Assembly: GCF_009914755.1 (NCBI RefSeq)
Contig: NC_060935.1
Length of the DNA: 64,000 nucleotides
Source: the human T2T-CHM13v2.0 reference genome, Homo sapiens
Strand: one strand, 5' to 3'
Shown here: piece after piece, positions 1 to 13,800 of the stretch
Layout of the letters: every line of letters starts with the position of its first letter
Numbering within the stretch: the first letter of the stretch is position 1
Translations under genes and position numbers: made by a program
The notes under the pieces: generated by a model
Databases searched by the model: none
Told to the model about the DNA's origin: nothing
What the model saw: the letters and a program-made list of their open reading frames with translations, nothing else

Positions 1-1065
1 ACTGCTTTGCCATCCAGAATTATCCAGGCAGATCACAGAGATGCAGGATAAAAAAGAAAAATTTCCCTTGAATTGGTTTAAGCCAAAAGTGTGGAAAGGA
101 AAGTGGTAGAAAATAGACAGCTGGATTTTGAGGAAGTCCCCTAACCACTTTGATCATCTTAAAGGATGCCACATGGGAGTTCTCCAGCAGCCTACATTCT
201 CAGTAAGGGCAGTGGTATTGGAAGGTTCACAGCAGTGTATGAAACATCTACATATAAGCGCAATGCTTCCGTATGTGGTATACAATTACAATTGTAGCCA
301 TCAAACCAAGAAAAATAGACAAAGTTTCTATAACTTGGAAGTAGAAAAATTATTTTCTTTCTGAGACAAGCAAAGGCAAAATCTGATACACTGACTGTTT
401 AGGATTTGGCCTTGTGAGAAAACATTTGTTATAAATTGTATATAGAATTGAAAACCTGCGGCAGCTCTTTCACTGAATTTTGTGGCCTCAGGTACTGGCA
501 GATAAGGAGACATGGCATAGAATTGTGCTATCAATATTTGACAATTTTCTGGCCTTACCTTTTAACGTGGCTTTCAGCCTGTTTGGGGTTCTATCAAATT
601 TTGATCCTTCTTTCCATGTTGAGTTGATTTTTTTTTTCACACACTACACTGCCTTATAATAAATGGGACAGAATAACGGGTCGGTCACCTTGCCAAAGAA
701 AAGATTGCAGAGTAATGCGACTTTCTGACATTTAGCAATTCTGATGTAGCATTGATTCATTGATTATTTTTGTCAGTAAAATAGTTAATAAATGTTATTA
801 CTAGGTTATTAATGGCCCTGCAAAGGTATTGTAAAATTTGTTAAACTATGGTATAGGAACTTATTAAATGTATTTATTATTGAATGTATTTTTGAATTTA
901 TTTACTATTATAAGTATATAATTCTTAAAAATTTGTAGAAAGCAGTTAAAATTACTTTTTTCCAATTGAGATAGTTATCATTGCTGAAACAAAAGCCTAA
1001 GTGTGCTAGAATAAGCACTTACATCTTTCTTCAATTTTCAGTATTTTAGAATTAAAAGAGAAAGT

Positions 1066-1189
1066 GGGGAGAGAGAGAAACACATCAAAATTTCCTGATA
1101 TGCATAAAAGTACCTTACATTAGCAGAGGGGAGAGAGAGAAACACATCAAAATTTTCTGATATGCATAAAAGTACCTTACATTAGCAGA
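1066..1189. repeat. Tandem duplication, 62-bp unit x2
   Basis: GGGGAGAGAGAGAAACACATCAAAATTT(C/T)CTGATATGCATAAAAGTACCTTACATTAGCAGA at 1066-1127 and 1128-1189, one mismatch. Confidence 0.95.
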
Positions 1190-1768
1190 GAGGTAAAGCA
1201 GTTCGCTTATTATTACAGAACAAATCATTGACATAACTAGGAACACTCTCCTGACTTTAATTCAAATAATTTAAAACATCCTGCCTTACCCTATATTCCT
1301 AAAGCAAATACTAAAACATTACAAGAAATAATAGCTTTGAATTTAATTAGAAGTATTTTTGTCACCTAATATTTTCTTCAAACAAAAAACTAGTAAAACA
1401 ACAAAGAACCTTATCTATTTTCAGAGTGGCTGAGAAATTCCTGTATGTTTTCTGATGAATGTGTTTATAGAAGTCTCAGAGAAGGGATGAAATTAACAAA
1501 AGACATATTTACAAAAGATTAACTTTTGCAAATCATGTTACTTCCTAAGAATAGAGCTTTCCTGCCAGACTTCAGCATCATACATTGGTACATGTCTTTT
1601 TTGTTTTGGATTTACAATGATTCTCCTCACACAGAATTAAAGCAATAAAGAGCTTAAGAAAAAGTTTTCATTCCATATCAACTCTCAATTTACTGAACCA
1701 TCCACTAAGACACTGCCCTGGGTACTTATATATGTATTATCTGATAAAAACTTCATAATACTTCTATG

Positions 1769-2080
1769 CATTCATTCAATAAATCATCAACAGTTGATTA
1801 AGAACTACCCTGGCACTGTCCAAGGTACTATGGGCACAGAGATTAAGTTATTTTAGCTTTCAGGAAATAGTATTCTTGAGAGGGAGTCAGACAAGGAAAC
1901 TAGCTATTTCAAAAGAGTAAGATAATACTCTGTAGGAGAAGAAAGCTGAGGATTGTGCCAGGGCAAGCAAGAATAGCACTGAAGCAAGATGCAGGAAGAT
2001 CAGGGGTTGCCAGGGAAGGCTTCCTGAGCTGAGTGAAAAGGAATAGGCAGTAGAAAAGGAATATTTGGGAAAGGGGCAGT
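1769..2080 (-). mobile_element. L2 3' fragment, apparently interrupting a MIR (MIR-like pieces ~1705-1768 and ~2110-2200)
   Basis: CATTCATTCAATAAAT...GGCACTGTCCAAGGTACT and AGGGAAGGCTTCCTGAG resemble the reverse-complemented L2 3' end; the flank GAAGCTCAGGGGAGTGAATAACTTTCCCAAGGTTACACAG is a MIR core. Confidence 0.6.
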
Positions 2081-2776
2081 GGTAACATTACTAAAGTCAA
2101 ACAATCCAGAAAGGTATTTTTATACTCACTTTTCATTTACGTGAGCTGAAGCTCAGGGGAGTGAATAACTTTCCCAAGGTTACACAGTGGCTATGTGTTA
2201 AAGGCTAGCAGATTTATATACTATCTTAAGTATGAAATTTGCTGCCATTAATCAGTAATTCTGGCTGTTTTTGTTTCAGTATGTTTATTTTACATCTACT
2301 AAATTTCTGAGTAGAGACATATTTTTCAACATTCTTCTTATAACATTTCATCATCTATACTATCTTGTTCCCTTCTGCCTTCTATGGACCAGTGAGAAGA
2401 GAAATAAAGACTGGAGCAGTGCATTATCTCAGTGTTTGAATTCTAAATGAAGGAGTGGAACATCACGTTCCCAGGGGATGCTGTACATACAGCCAAGAGC
2501 AAGACCTGCATTGAACATTTCCAAAAATAATTGGAAGCACACATGTTTTTAGGAGTAAATACCCAAAAATGTTGGTTAAAGTGCTTCCTTTCAAAGCGGA
2601 AGTCTCATGTTGTCTTTCCAAACACCTACTCTACCTTTTCTGAATCATCTTTCCCAGAAAACATCAACATCTTCCTTCTGGTCTTCCTAATTCGGCCATG
2701 AAAATAGCCAGTGTAACTTCAGAGGGTCACTAAGACTCATTCTTCCCTGGTATCAACGCATGTGAATGTGCATATA

Positions 2777-2803
2777 CACACACACACACTCTCTCTCTCT
2801 CTC

Positions 2804-2837
<34 letters not shown>
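2777..2837. repeat. Compound microsatellite (CA)n(CT)n(CA)n
   Basis: Directly visible. Confidence 0.97.
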
Positions 2838-2839
<2 letters not shown>

Positions 2840-2879
2840 CTTTTCCCTAGGTTTTTACCCTACGTGGCATAAAAATGAA

Positions 2880-3502
2880 ATTGGTGCTTCAGACTACAAA
2901 GATCTGTATGATCTGGTCCCTGCCTCCTACTCCAACCTCACCTCAGACTCACTTCTTAGTTTCTCAGCTGTGCCAAGCTTTTATCTGCCTCGGGGCTTTT
3001 TGAAATGTTGCTTCTTTTAGTTCCTGACATAGCTGACTCCTACTCATTCTTTAAGCATCAGCTCATATCCTCAGAGAAGTCTTACCTAACTGCTCCGGTC
3101 TTAATTAAGTTATCTCTCTTATTCTATTTCAAATAATACTTCTTTTTTCTTAGAACCTTATACATTATACATTTTTTTGGTGGCTTATTATTTTAAATGC
3201 ATATGTTTCACATAAACTTATTGAGGACAGGAAGTGTGACTTATGGATTCAGCACCCAGGCCAGGCTATATAATCTGTGACGTCCAGTGGAAAGCAAAGT
3301 ATGAATCCCTTATGCAAAGTTGTAAGAATTTCAAGATGGGAATGGCAGAGTATTGAACCAAGCAAAGCTGGCTTCTGGGAACAGGACTGCCCAGGTCATG
3401 CACACACATGAAGCTGGCCCTGTTACCATTTGATACTCAATATCTATCTTAACATCTGGGAAAGGAGTACTCAATAAATACTTATTTACCATAATGAATA
3501 AA
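2880..3502 (+). mobile_element. L2 3' region interrupted by MER45A
   Basis: ATGATCTGGTCCCTGCC, CTCCTACTCATTCTTTAAG, TTGAGGACAGG, ACTCAATAAATACTT...AATGAATAAAT L2 3'-end motifs. Confidence 0.7.
3257..3422 (-). mobile_element. MER45A-like hAT DNA transposon (MITE)
   Basis: CAGG..GGCTATATAAT...AAGAATTTCAAGATGG...GCAGAGTATTGAACCAAGC...CATGAAGCTGGCCCTG matches the reverse complement of the MER45A consensus with CAGG/CCTG termini. Confidence 0.8.
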
Positions 3503-3799
3503 TTACTAGGAAATGAATTATAGTGATATAGATTCATACTTGTATGAGAATAATTCAGCATATTCCTGAGGAACACATTTTGAGAAGAATGGAGAAAGAA
3601 TATAAGGCACGGTGAAACAATAGGAAAAGAGAATAAAATAGAGAAAGTCAGAGGCAGAAATTTTTCCCTTCAAAAATTTCTTCAAAAAGTATTTTTCATA
3701 TATTAAAAAGCTTTTTAAAAAAACTTTTGAAAAGTGAAGAATTTGACCCTTTAGGAAGAAAGAAAATTAACATTTTGAATATATAAAATATTCTATACA

Positions 3800-3955
3800 C
3801 AGGATGCTTTCAAATACATTATTTCATTTTAACCTTCCCAACAATTGTGAGAAACATATTTTATTCTTCGTGACCTATATTTAAGAAAACTATAGCTCAG
3901 AGACGGAAGAAAATATACTTAGTTTCCTAAAGCGAGTTATTTTGTGAGCTGGAAT
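3800..3955 (-). mobile_element. MIR fragment
   Basis: GCTTTCAAATACATTATTTCATTTTAACCTTCCCAACAA...GAAAACTATAGCTCAGAGA. Confidence 0.6.
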
Positions 3956-5717
3956 GAATTTTTGTACGTAGGACAATACCTTCCTGACCTATGCCTAAAG
4001 GCAGTTCACATTATGAAGTGTCTTCCTTGAAATTTTCCAGGTCTAGCTTTGGTAATTTGGAATGGCTGAGGCCAGCAGTGCCATCTAGGTAGAACATCAT
4101 GAGCCTGGGACACACATGGACCTCCAGACCCAGTCTCTCCCATTTGAGGTTCCCTTTGATCTTCTATGTCCACCTATATCTGCAGGATCAATCAGCTATA
4201 AGAAGTCAAAATTTTAAAAATGACAAAGTGATCAAGATCCAACACAGTGCTGAAGTCTTTTGATCCAGAAATCATTTCCCTTGGAATATAATCTAAGAAA
4301 ATGATTCAAGAATGGAAAATAAAGCAAGATGTTCTGTTCATTGTAACATAACCTATAAATATAAGGGGAAACATTTTATCAATTTTATTGTCCATTATGA
4401 TTGAATGTAAATTGACTTCGAGTGAGAAATTCAGGTGAATAAAACTTATAGAAAGAAAATTTTGAAAATTATAATACATTAAGCTCTAAAAGAACAGTAC
4501 TTCCCAAATTGTAGTCTAAAATCTTCTTATTTCAAAAGCACCTGCTGGTTACATGTGCAGGTCCCTACCCAACTGTCAACCTCTAGTCGCTGAATTTGCT
4601 TAAGACTCCCCGTGTTGTAAACAGTTCTTCCTCACCAGTATGCATTTTGACTACAGTGTTTCTTCTGGTTTACAGCGACAAAGATGAGAGGAATGGTGGT
4701 AAACATTCCGTTACCCTGTTCATCCTCTGCCACAGGAATTCAAGGTGATCACCTCACCCACTCTGTAGGCTCCAAGCCACATATCTGTCAGCATTGTTGG
4801 AATAGCCACACTTGCCTTCCCTACAATGCCAACTGATTCTTTTATTAGTGTTCTCTATTGCCTCTAATCAATACTATCAGGAGTGCTCTTCTCGGTTAGT
4901 CTTATGTCATGTCAAATACACATCAGACAATCCTTGCGCAAATAAGGCAACTCTTCCTACTCTTCCAGGGGACTCTTGCCTATCTTCCCAACTGGTGTTA
5001 GTTTGTGAAAGGCAGGGATAAGACAAACATTTAAAAAGACCACATTCTATATAGGAAAACAGTAAATAAAGAGCTCACGAAAAGATACAATCGAAGGATT
5101 TCTCTATGTTCATACTAGTATGAATGATATGTTTAATATGACAAGAAAACTAATTATTATTCACATGTACTACATACTCTCAGTATGACTTGCATTTGTG
5201 GTCAACATTGGTGAGGCCCAGTAGCAATTCTTGAAAGAGTCAATGGAAGCCAGTATTCACAGGTGGCATTGTGAATGATAAATAGGTTGGATGATGGTTG
5301 GATGATGCAGCATTATGAATAAACCCTGCATTAAATAAGTGGAATTAGGGAACTAGATAGGCAAGTTGTTCTATGTTTTTTTAGGCAAGTAGATTTTGAA
5401 GAGCTATGACATTGTGAGTAATAATAGCATTACGTTTTCCTCACGGTAGAAAATATAAAATCAGCAAGAGATGGCACATTTAACAGTAAAATACACAGAG
5501 AGATGGCTTCTAGTCCTGAAGAGGAAAAGAAGGTGCCTGGACACTATGAGTAATCTTCAAGTGCATTGATTAGACAATAAAACAATATATGAGTACCCTT
5601 TCTCTACACGTTCATGATTTGATCTTCATTGATAAATCACTGTATCTTAACTGGGCCCATACATCGTGTATTATAATTTAAAATCAAATTGTTTGTATTG
5701 ACAGAAAGAGTCCCCCG

Positions 5718-5720
<3 letters not shown>

Positions 5721-5756
<36 letters not shown>
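5721..5756. repeat. (CA)18 microsatellite
   Basis: Directly visible. Confidence 0.97.
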
Positions 5757-5758
<2 letters not shown>

Positions 5759-6303
5759 GATTCAGGAGGTTTAAATCCACCTTTTCTCTATAGGCAACCA
5801 TACTTATACTCCAAAATAATTGGAAAAAGCAACCAATGCGGCAAAAGAGAAGATAATGCATTTGATTTTTGCATGCCCAGGGAAGCATATGTTCTCAGTG
5901 TAAAAGGAGAAAATCAAGCACAATATTTATTGACCAATAAAGGTAAGCTTTTTTTGTGAGGGAAACTGAATTATCTTTTACCAGCAAACTGTGTTTAATA
6001 TCACAGAAGATAAATCTTAGGCTTAAAAATAGGAGGCAGGCTGCATAGATGCACCCAACCGTGTGGATAATTACAACAGAGAGTTATACCTTAACCTGGT
6101 AGCTTGGACCAATGCTTCACAGAAAGTTAAAAGAAGCAGAGTTTCTGCTTGGAAGTTTGTTCTCTGGGTCAAGTGGTATTTGATTATTAGGTCTCACTAG
6201 CTGCTGAATAGCGTTACAGAAGCCACTATTTAGTGATGTGGTGTTAAATTTATTCTTCCAGTATCGTTATATGGCTATGCACAAGTTATGTATCACCTTT
6301 GAG

Positions 6304-6498
6304 CTTCAATGAAGTGATGAGTGAGCTGATGCCTGGAGAACTGGGGAGTAATCATCCAGGCAGAGAATGAGGGTGTGGTTGGCCTAGAGAAAAACTTTAA
6401 CTTTCTCAAGAGAAGAAAGCATATGCTCTTTTGGAAGGAATGAAAGCATGTATATTTGTTTCAGTGTACTTGAGGGTATGACAAGAGAGAAGCTAGGG
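6304..6498 (-). repeat. Left arm of 195-bp inverted repeat (reverse-complement copy of L2-derived 7863-8057)
   Basis: Gap-free alignment to the reverse complement of 7863-8057 with 12 mismatches by hand count (~94%). Confidence 0.95.
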
Positions 6499-7189
6499 CT
6501 CATCTGCCAAATGCAGACAGTAGCAGCGCTAGTAGATCTGAATCGTGGCATATAGTCTTGTGCTAGTGCTTATTAGGCACTGAAGACTTTTATATCCAGA
6601 CACTTAAAAAATCTTTGAAGTCATACTTCTTAAGTGCTCTGAAAATAGGAGCATAAGAAAACCCAGGTGGTAAAATACTTAGTCACAGATATTATTTTGG
6701 ATTCTTCCCCCATTCTAAAATCCCAGAGAAATCCAGAGGCTTATTTGATGCCTGAAAATCTGGTGCAGAATTGATCAAAATACTATTTAAAAGGTTTTCT
6801 TTAATTCCAATAGTATCTGTTTACTGTTCTGAGCCAAACTGAGCCTAGATATCTTTGGATATCTTTCAGAGACTCCCAAGTTCTCCATAGTCCATCCATC
6901 TGAATTCCTGTGGGAAAACAGCACTGATAGACAACTGCAGCTATCTTTCTAACACCTATCCTCTTCCCCCTTAAAGTGGGAGCCTTTTTACTCCTCAGAC
7001 CACCTAGGCCTTCATATTTCTGAGCCTCAGAGCTCCTTCTCTGACACTTCTACTCTTTTTGAAAGAAGATATTATGATCTAATCCACAAGACCCAACGCT
7101 TTAATTGCCCTCAAAGGTGGAAAGTAAGGGGACAGAGAAAAAAATGTAGCTTAATTCATCTTATGTTTCTAAAGCAGGAAAAACAAAGC

Positions 7190-7495
7190 ACAGGATAGAA
7201 TTGGAGATCATTATGTTAAGTGAAATAGGCCAGGCATAGAAAGACAAACATCACATGCTCTCACTTATTTATGGGATTTATAAACAAAAACAATTGAACT
7301 CATGGAGATAGAGAGTAGAAGGATGGTTACCATAGGCTGGGAAGGGGAGTGGAGAGTTGCGGGGGAGGGGGAAATGTCTAATGGGTACAAAAAACAGAAA
7401 TAATGAATAAGATCTAGTATTTGATAGCACAACAGGGTAACTATAATCAATAATAAATTAATTGTACATTTCTAAATAACTAAAAGAGTACAAGT
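7190..7495 (+). mobile_element. L1MA-type 3' UTR fragment
   Basis: GGAGATCATTATGTTAAGTGAAATAGGCCAGGCATAGAAAGACAAACATCACATGCTCTCACTTAT...GATCTAGTATTTGATAGCACAACAGGGT. Confidence 0.85.
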
Positions 7496-7534
7496 TAACA
7501 TCTATTTTTAAAGTACTAGAAAACTATCAGATAA

Positions 7535-8275
7535 TTGCCATCTCCAGCCGCCTCATCCCTAATATTCATTCAAATACCAGCTCTTGCAAAATCCACTCCC
7601 TCAGTGTGTTCCACCTCGTCCCACCTCCTTCCAGCTTCCTTGCCAACACCCAAGGCCAGGTTGTCATCTGCCCTCAGGTGAATAACTTCCACAGCCTGGC
7701 AAATGGTCTCCTCCACTGCTGCTCTTCTGGGATCCTGTCTCCATATCACAATGAAAGCCATTTTTCCACTGCACATGTTCACCCCACTGCTAAAAATCAT
7801 CTGCCCCTTATCCTTCAGATGAAGTCCAATTGCCTTTTCTTGATGCAAGTCTACAATTCTCCCCCTGGCTTCTCTCCTGTCATTCCCTCAAGTACATTCA
7901 AACCAATATACATGCTTTCATTCCTTCCAAAAGAGCATATCCTCTCTTCTCTTGAGAAAGTTAAAGTTGTTCTCTAGGCCAACCACACCCTCATTCTCTG
8001 CCTGGATAATTACTTCCCAGTTCTCCAGGCATCAGCTCACTCATCACTTCATCGAAGAGAATTCTTCTGGAATGGTCAGTGGGATGTGTGTCATGCCAGT
8101 CGTTCTGTAATGCTACATATTCTTTTCACACTTCATAATTATTTGTTTGTTGCCAATCTTCATTAGAGTGTAAATGTTATAAAGAAAGGGACCATTCTGT
8201 CTTGTTTGCTTAGTCTAGTCCCTAATGTCGTGAGTGTTGAATGAACATCCATTAGATGAACGCATGAAGGAACAA
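7535..8275 (+). mobile_element. L2 3' region (contains right arm 7863-8057 of the inverted repeat)
   Basis: ACAGCCTGGCAAATGGTCTCC, CCCCACTGCTAAAAA, TTAGAGTGTAAATGTTATAAAGAAAGGGACC, TTGAATGAAC typical of L2a/L2c. Confidence 0.75.
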
Positions 8276-8717
8276 GTAGTGGAATGCCTGATAGCCTAAT
8301 TATGACCTTGCAGGTGTTATGAGCAATATTCAAATTTAAATCTATTTTAACTTGCTTATTTCTTTCAATTGTGCTCAATTTCTGAGCTAAACTACCACAT
8401 AAAGGCTTCAATTTTCAGTCAAGAAAAAACAAAACACACTTACATATGTTCCATAGTATTTTTAAATTTATTTTGAATTAATTGTGGAGTAAGTATTTCT
8501 TCAACCAGTGACCCTATTTGACCCTATGACTCTCTGTGTCAAAAAAATTGAATATAAAACTGGAGACCTATAAGCAGCCTGTTTGTATGGAAATAATGCC
8601 ATTGATCAGACAATGCAAACAGGGGAAAACATCTGGAATAAGTTTGTTATTAGCAACCTGAGAAACCAAATTCAAAAAAGTGACTTACGATTATGGAGTT
8701 AATACAGTGCCCAAGCG

Positions 8718-8928
<211 letters not shown>

Positions 8929-9129
8929 TAATTATTCAGTTGTGAAAAATAAAGCAGTATTTCCTGTTCATTGCAACATTAGCTATAAGTATAAGGGAAA
9001 TATTTTATCAATTTAATTTTCCACCATGATTGTGCAGGACTTTTAATATGAATTGACTGATTTAGCAAGAACTTCAAGTGAATTAAAATTATGAAATTAA
9101 ATCAATAAATTATAACAAAGTAAGCAGTA

Positions 9130-9355
9130 AGAGTGCTTCCCAAAATGTCATCTGCAGACCTCTTATTTCAGAAGCACTTTGTTAAATTGTAATAAAATAA
9201 GCATTAAAATAAGAATGCCTCACAGAATGTCATCTGCAGACCTCCTATTTCAGAAGTACCTGTTTGTTAAATATGCAAATTCTTGGATCCTAATCCACAA
9301 CTATTGAAACAGAATCTCTAGAGGTGGAAATTTAGAAATATGCTTTTCTAAATGT
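9130..9355 (+). mobile_element. MER5A-like DNA transposon fragment with duplicated 5' segment
   Basis: GTGCTTCCCAAAATG..CTGCAGACC..., TTGTTAAATATGCAAATTCTTGG, CTATTGAAACAGAATCTCTAGAGGTGG; AATGTCATCTGCAGACCTC present twice. Confidence 0.65.
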
Positions 9356-9554
9356 GTAACACATTATCCTTAATATGTAATTTTATGTAAAAAATAAAAC
9401 AACTATTTTAGAATAATGTGAACACAAATACCATAGAAAACACATCAAATGAAATACTTTTGGCTCTAGTCTTCACAAATGTATGAATGGAATTAACAAT
9501 CTTTATATTTTTAATCTAATCTGTAGCAAGCCTAGACCAAAATATCCTGAAATT

Positions 9555-9930
9555 GAGAATCAGAAAATATGGGTCCTACTCAACACTTAATCACTTACAT
9601 TTAAAGTGTTTACTTAATCTCTGAGACCCAGGAGCCACAGGTGCAAAATAGAGGAAATAAACTCACCTCACCTGTCATGAGATGATGTATAAGAAATTCA
9701 TAGGTTGTGATAGGACGGAGGAACCACAGGCTCTCAGGTCAGATAGACCTGTGCTTGGGTACTAGCTCTGTCATTTAATAGCTATGTGATTTTGCATAAA
9801 TAACTACATATTTTCTCACTCTGTTTATTCATCTATAAGATAGATTCAATAATATCTACTTTACAAACCTATAGAATAATGATATGAGACAATGTGAGTA
9901 AAGCTACTTGTTGGATGCTAGTTATCATCT
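9555..9930 (+). mobile_element. Two adjacent MIR fragments
   Basis: GGCTCTCAGGTCAGATAGACCTG...CTAGCTCTGTCATTTAATAGCTATGTGATTTTG...TCTGTTTATTCATCTATAA. Confidence 0.7.
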
Positions 9931-10114
9931 CTCTGAAAACAAAAGGAACTTTATCCTCAGCCTTGCCACTACCTAGGTTAGATTCAAACATAAAAACAAA
10001 AGGTTCAGATTTATTTTACACTAATGATCCTAGGTTTCCCAATTACATAATATTAGACATTCATTTTGATTACCTATCTCCCAAATTTTAAAGCCTGTAA
10101 AGGAGAAAATGATC

Positions 10115-10450
<336 letters not shown>

Positions 10451-10798
10451 TCACTTATTTTCAAATTCTTTCTATAGTGACTTTCCCTTTGAAAAGCCTG
10501 CATCATGACTTTCTTTAAAAAAGTATGTCATTAACAAAATATGTCTTTCATAGGATATTCTTAAGCTAAATTTATTTTAACTACTCTACCTGGCAGGAAG
10601 TTGTGCTCTAATTTGAAATTAGATGACAAACAGCAAGGGCATAGCACCTGTGGGCATGCCTTCCAAATAATAATTGTGAATCCTAACTGATCAAAAGCAA
10701 AGCAACAGAGAGTATGGCCATAATATCACCTATCTATACTTTCCTTCCTTCATGCAAAAACTCTTGGTTTGTCCACTGTTCAAGTGCAGCATGACTAA

Positions 10799-11220
<422 letters not shown>

Positions 11221-11419
11221 CGTACCCACTGTTTTTAAACAAACCATATAAGAAAAGCCTTTACATCCTCAAGGTGATTCCCCAAGAGGCTACAAAGAGA
11301 AGGACCACCTTTTGTTCACATGGACTTTGAAATGTCACCTAGAAACTGAAAATGTTCAGAGAGGGAACAAAATCTACCCAAGATCAAACAAATCTTTTCA
11401 AAAGACTTGCAGCTCATAT

Positions 11420-11810
11420 GTTTCATTCCTTTAATGTGTCGATTTAACAAATACTTTTCAGTGTCCATATGTCTACATTGAGCAAGACAGAGTCCCTCTT
11501 GTAAAACTTATACTCTAGAGAATTCTTTTTTGTGCACTGATCTCTACTTTGAAGAAAATATATAGGATGTCATCACAGAGAGTAAAATGAACAGGTAGGA
11601 TAATATCTCAGAATGGCTGATCAGGAAAAGTTTGCTGGAAAAAAACTCTGCTTGAGCTGAAACCCAAATTTTGAGGAAAGAAAAATAGCTATGTAAGGAT
11701 CTAAAGAAAAAAACATCCCGAGCAGCAGGGAACTCAACTGCAAAGGTTCTGAGGCAGGAATAGAATGGAGACTAATGTGAAGGGGGAGTGGGGTAACAGA
11801 GATCACAAAA
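11420..11810 (-). mobile_element. L2 fragment
   Basis: TTTAACAAATACTTT, CAAGACAGAGTCCCT, GCAGCAGGGAACTCAACTGCAAAGGTTCTGAGGCAGGAA. Confidence 0.7.
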
Positions 11811-11834
11811 ATACCACTGCTCCAAAAGAATATA

Positions 11835-12655
11835 AGCCTTCATTCATTGCTGGTGGAAATGCAAAATAATGCAGCCACTTTGGAACACAGTTTGCCACTT
11901 TCTTCAAAAACTAAACAGACTCTTACCACATGATTCATCAATCATACTGCTTGATGCTTACCCAAAAGACATAAAAAGTATGTCTACACAAAAACTTGCT
12001 CATGGATGTGTATATCAACTTAATTCATAATTGCCAAACTCAGAAGCATCAGGAGGCCTTTCAGTAGGTGAATGGATAAATAAACTGGTGTGGGTGAAAT
12101 ATTATTCAGCACTAAAAAAGAAACAAGCTATCAAGCCATGACAAGACATGAAGAAAATTTAAGTGCATATATTATTAAGTGAAAGAAGCCAATATGAAAA
12201 GGCTGCATGTCATATAATTCCCACTATATGAGATCCCAGAAAATGCAAAACTATGGAGACAATAGAAAGGTGAGTTGTTGCCAAAGGTTGGAGGAGAGGG
12301 AGGAATGAATAGGCAGAGCATAGAAGATTTTGAGGGCAATGAAATCATTCTGTATGACACTACAGTGGTAGATACATGTCATTTATACATTTGTTAAAAC
12401 CCATAGAATGTGCAGCACCAAGACTGAACTTTAATGTAAGCTATGGACCTTGGATGTAATGATGTGTCAATGTAGGTTCATCAGTTGTAACCAATGTACC
12501 ACTCTGGTGCAGGATGTTGGTGGTAGGAGGACTGTGTCTATGTGGTAGAAGTTTGAGGGGCATGTGTGTCAGGAGATACATAAGAATTAATTGCATTTTT
12601 CACTTAACTTTCCTTTGAATCTAAAAATGCTCTAAAAATAAAGGCTATTAAAAGG
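11835..12655 (+). mobile_element. L1MC-type 3' end
   Basis: TTCATTGCTGGTGGAAATGCAAAA...GTGGTAGATACATGTCAT...TGTAGGTTCATCAGTTGTAACCAATGTACCACTCTGGTG...CTCTAAAAATAAAG. Confidence 0.88.
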
Positions 12656-13039
12656 GAAAATATTTAAGAGCACACGGTTGATAATGCTAATGTTGTCATC
12701 CCCACCTAGGGTGATATGAGCTGCCTAAATCACACAGTTGGGAAGTGTTTAGCTGGAATTAGAGCTAAAGGCCTTTGACTTCTGAACCACTTCTGTTTCT
12801 AAAAAGAAAATAATCTATGCCAGAAAATTAATGGTATTTTCTAGTTAGAGGAAGATTCTCATTCCCTACTGAACTATTCAAGAGGTCATGAGCGGTAATA
12901 GATTAATAACTTAACATTCTTGTTGTCACAGAAACATGGAAAATCTGGAAGCCAGAGTTAATTTTAAAAAGAGGGAAGACAATGGGATTATTGCAGAGAT
13001 TTAAAATCCTATCTCATTTTGTTTTCATATAAAAAAGGA

Positions 13040-13800
<761 letters not shown>

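Noticed and set aside
1066-1189. Direct repeats as a CRISPR-like array (also 52521-52611, 15271-15322)
   Set aside because: Only 2-3 abutting copies with no unique spacers and no cas genes, in a primate genome context.
3980-4190. Possible minus-strand exon after TGATCCTGCAG acceptor
   Set aside because: Stops in all three frames, weak donor, no other support.
7570-7977. 123-aa and 92-aa overlapping ORFs
   Set aside because: They lie in a decayed L2 with no recognisable domain; chance open frames.
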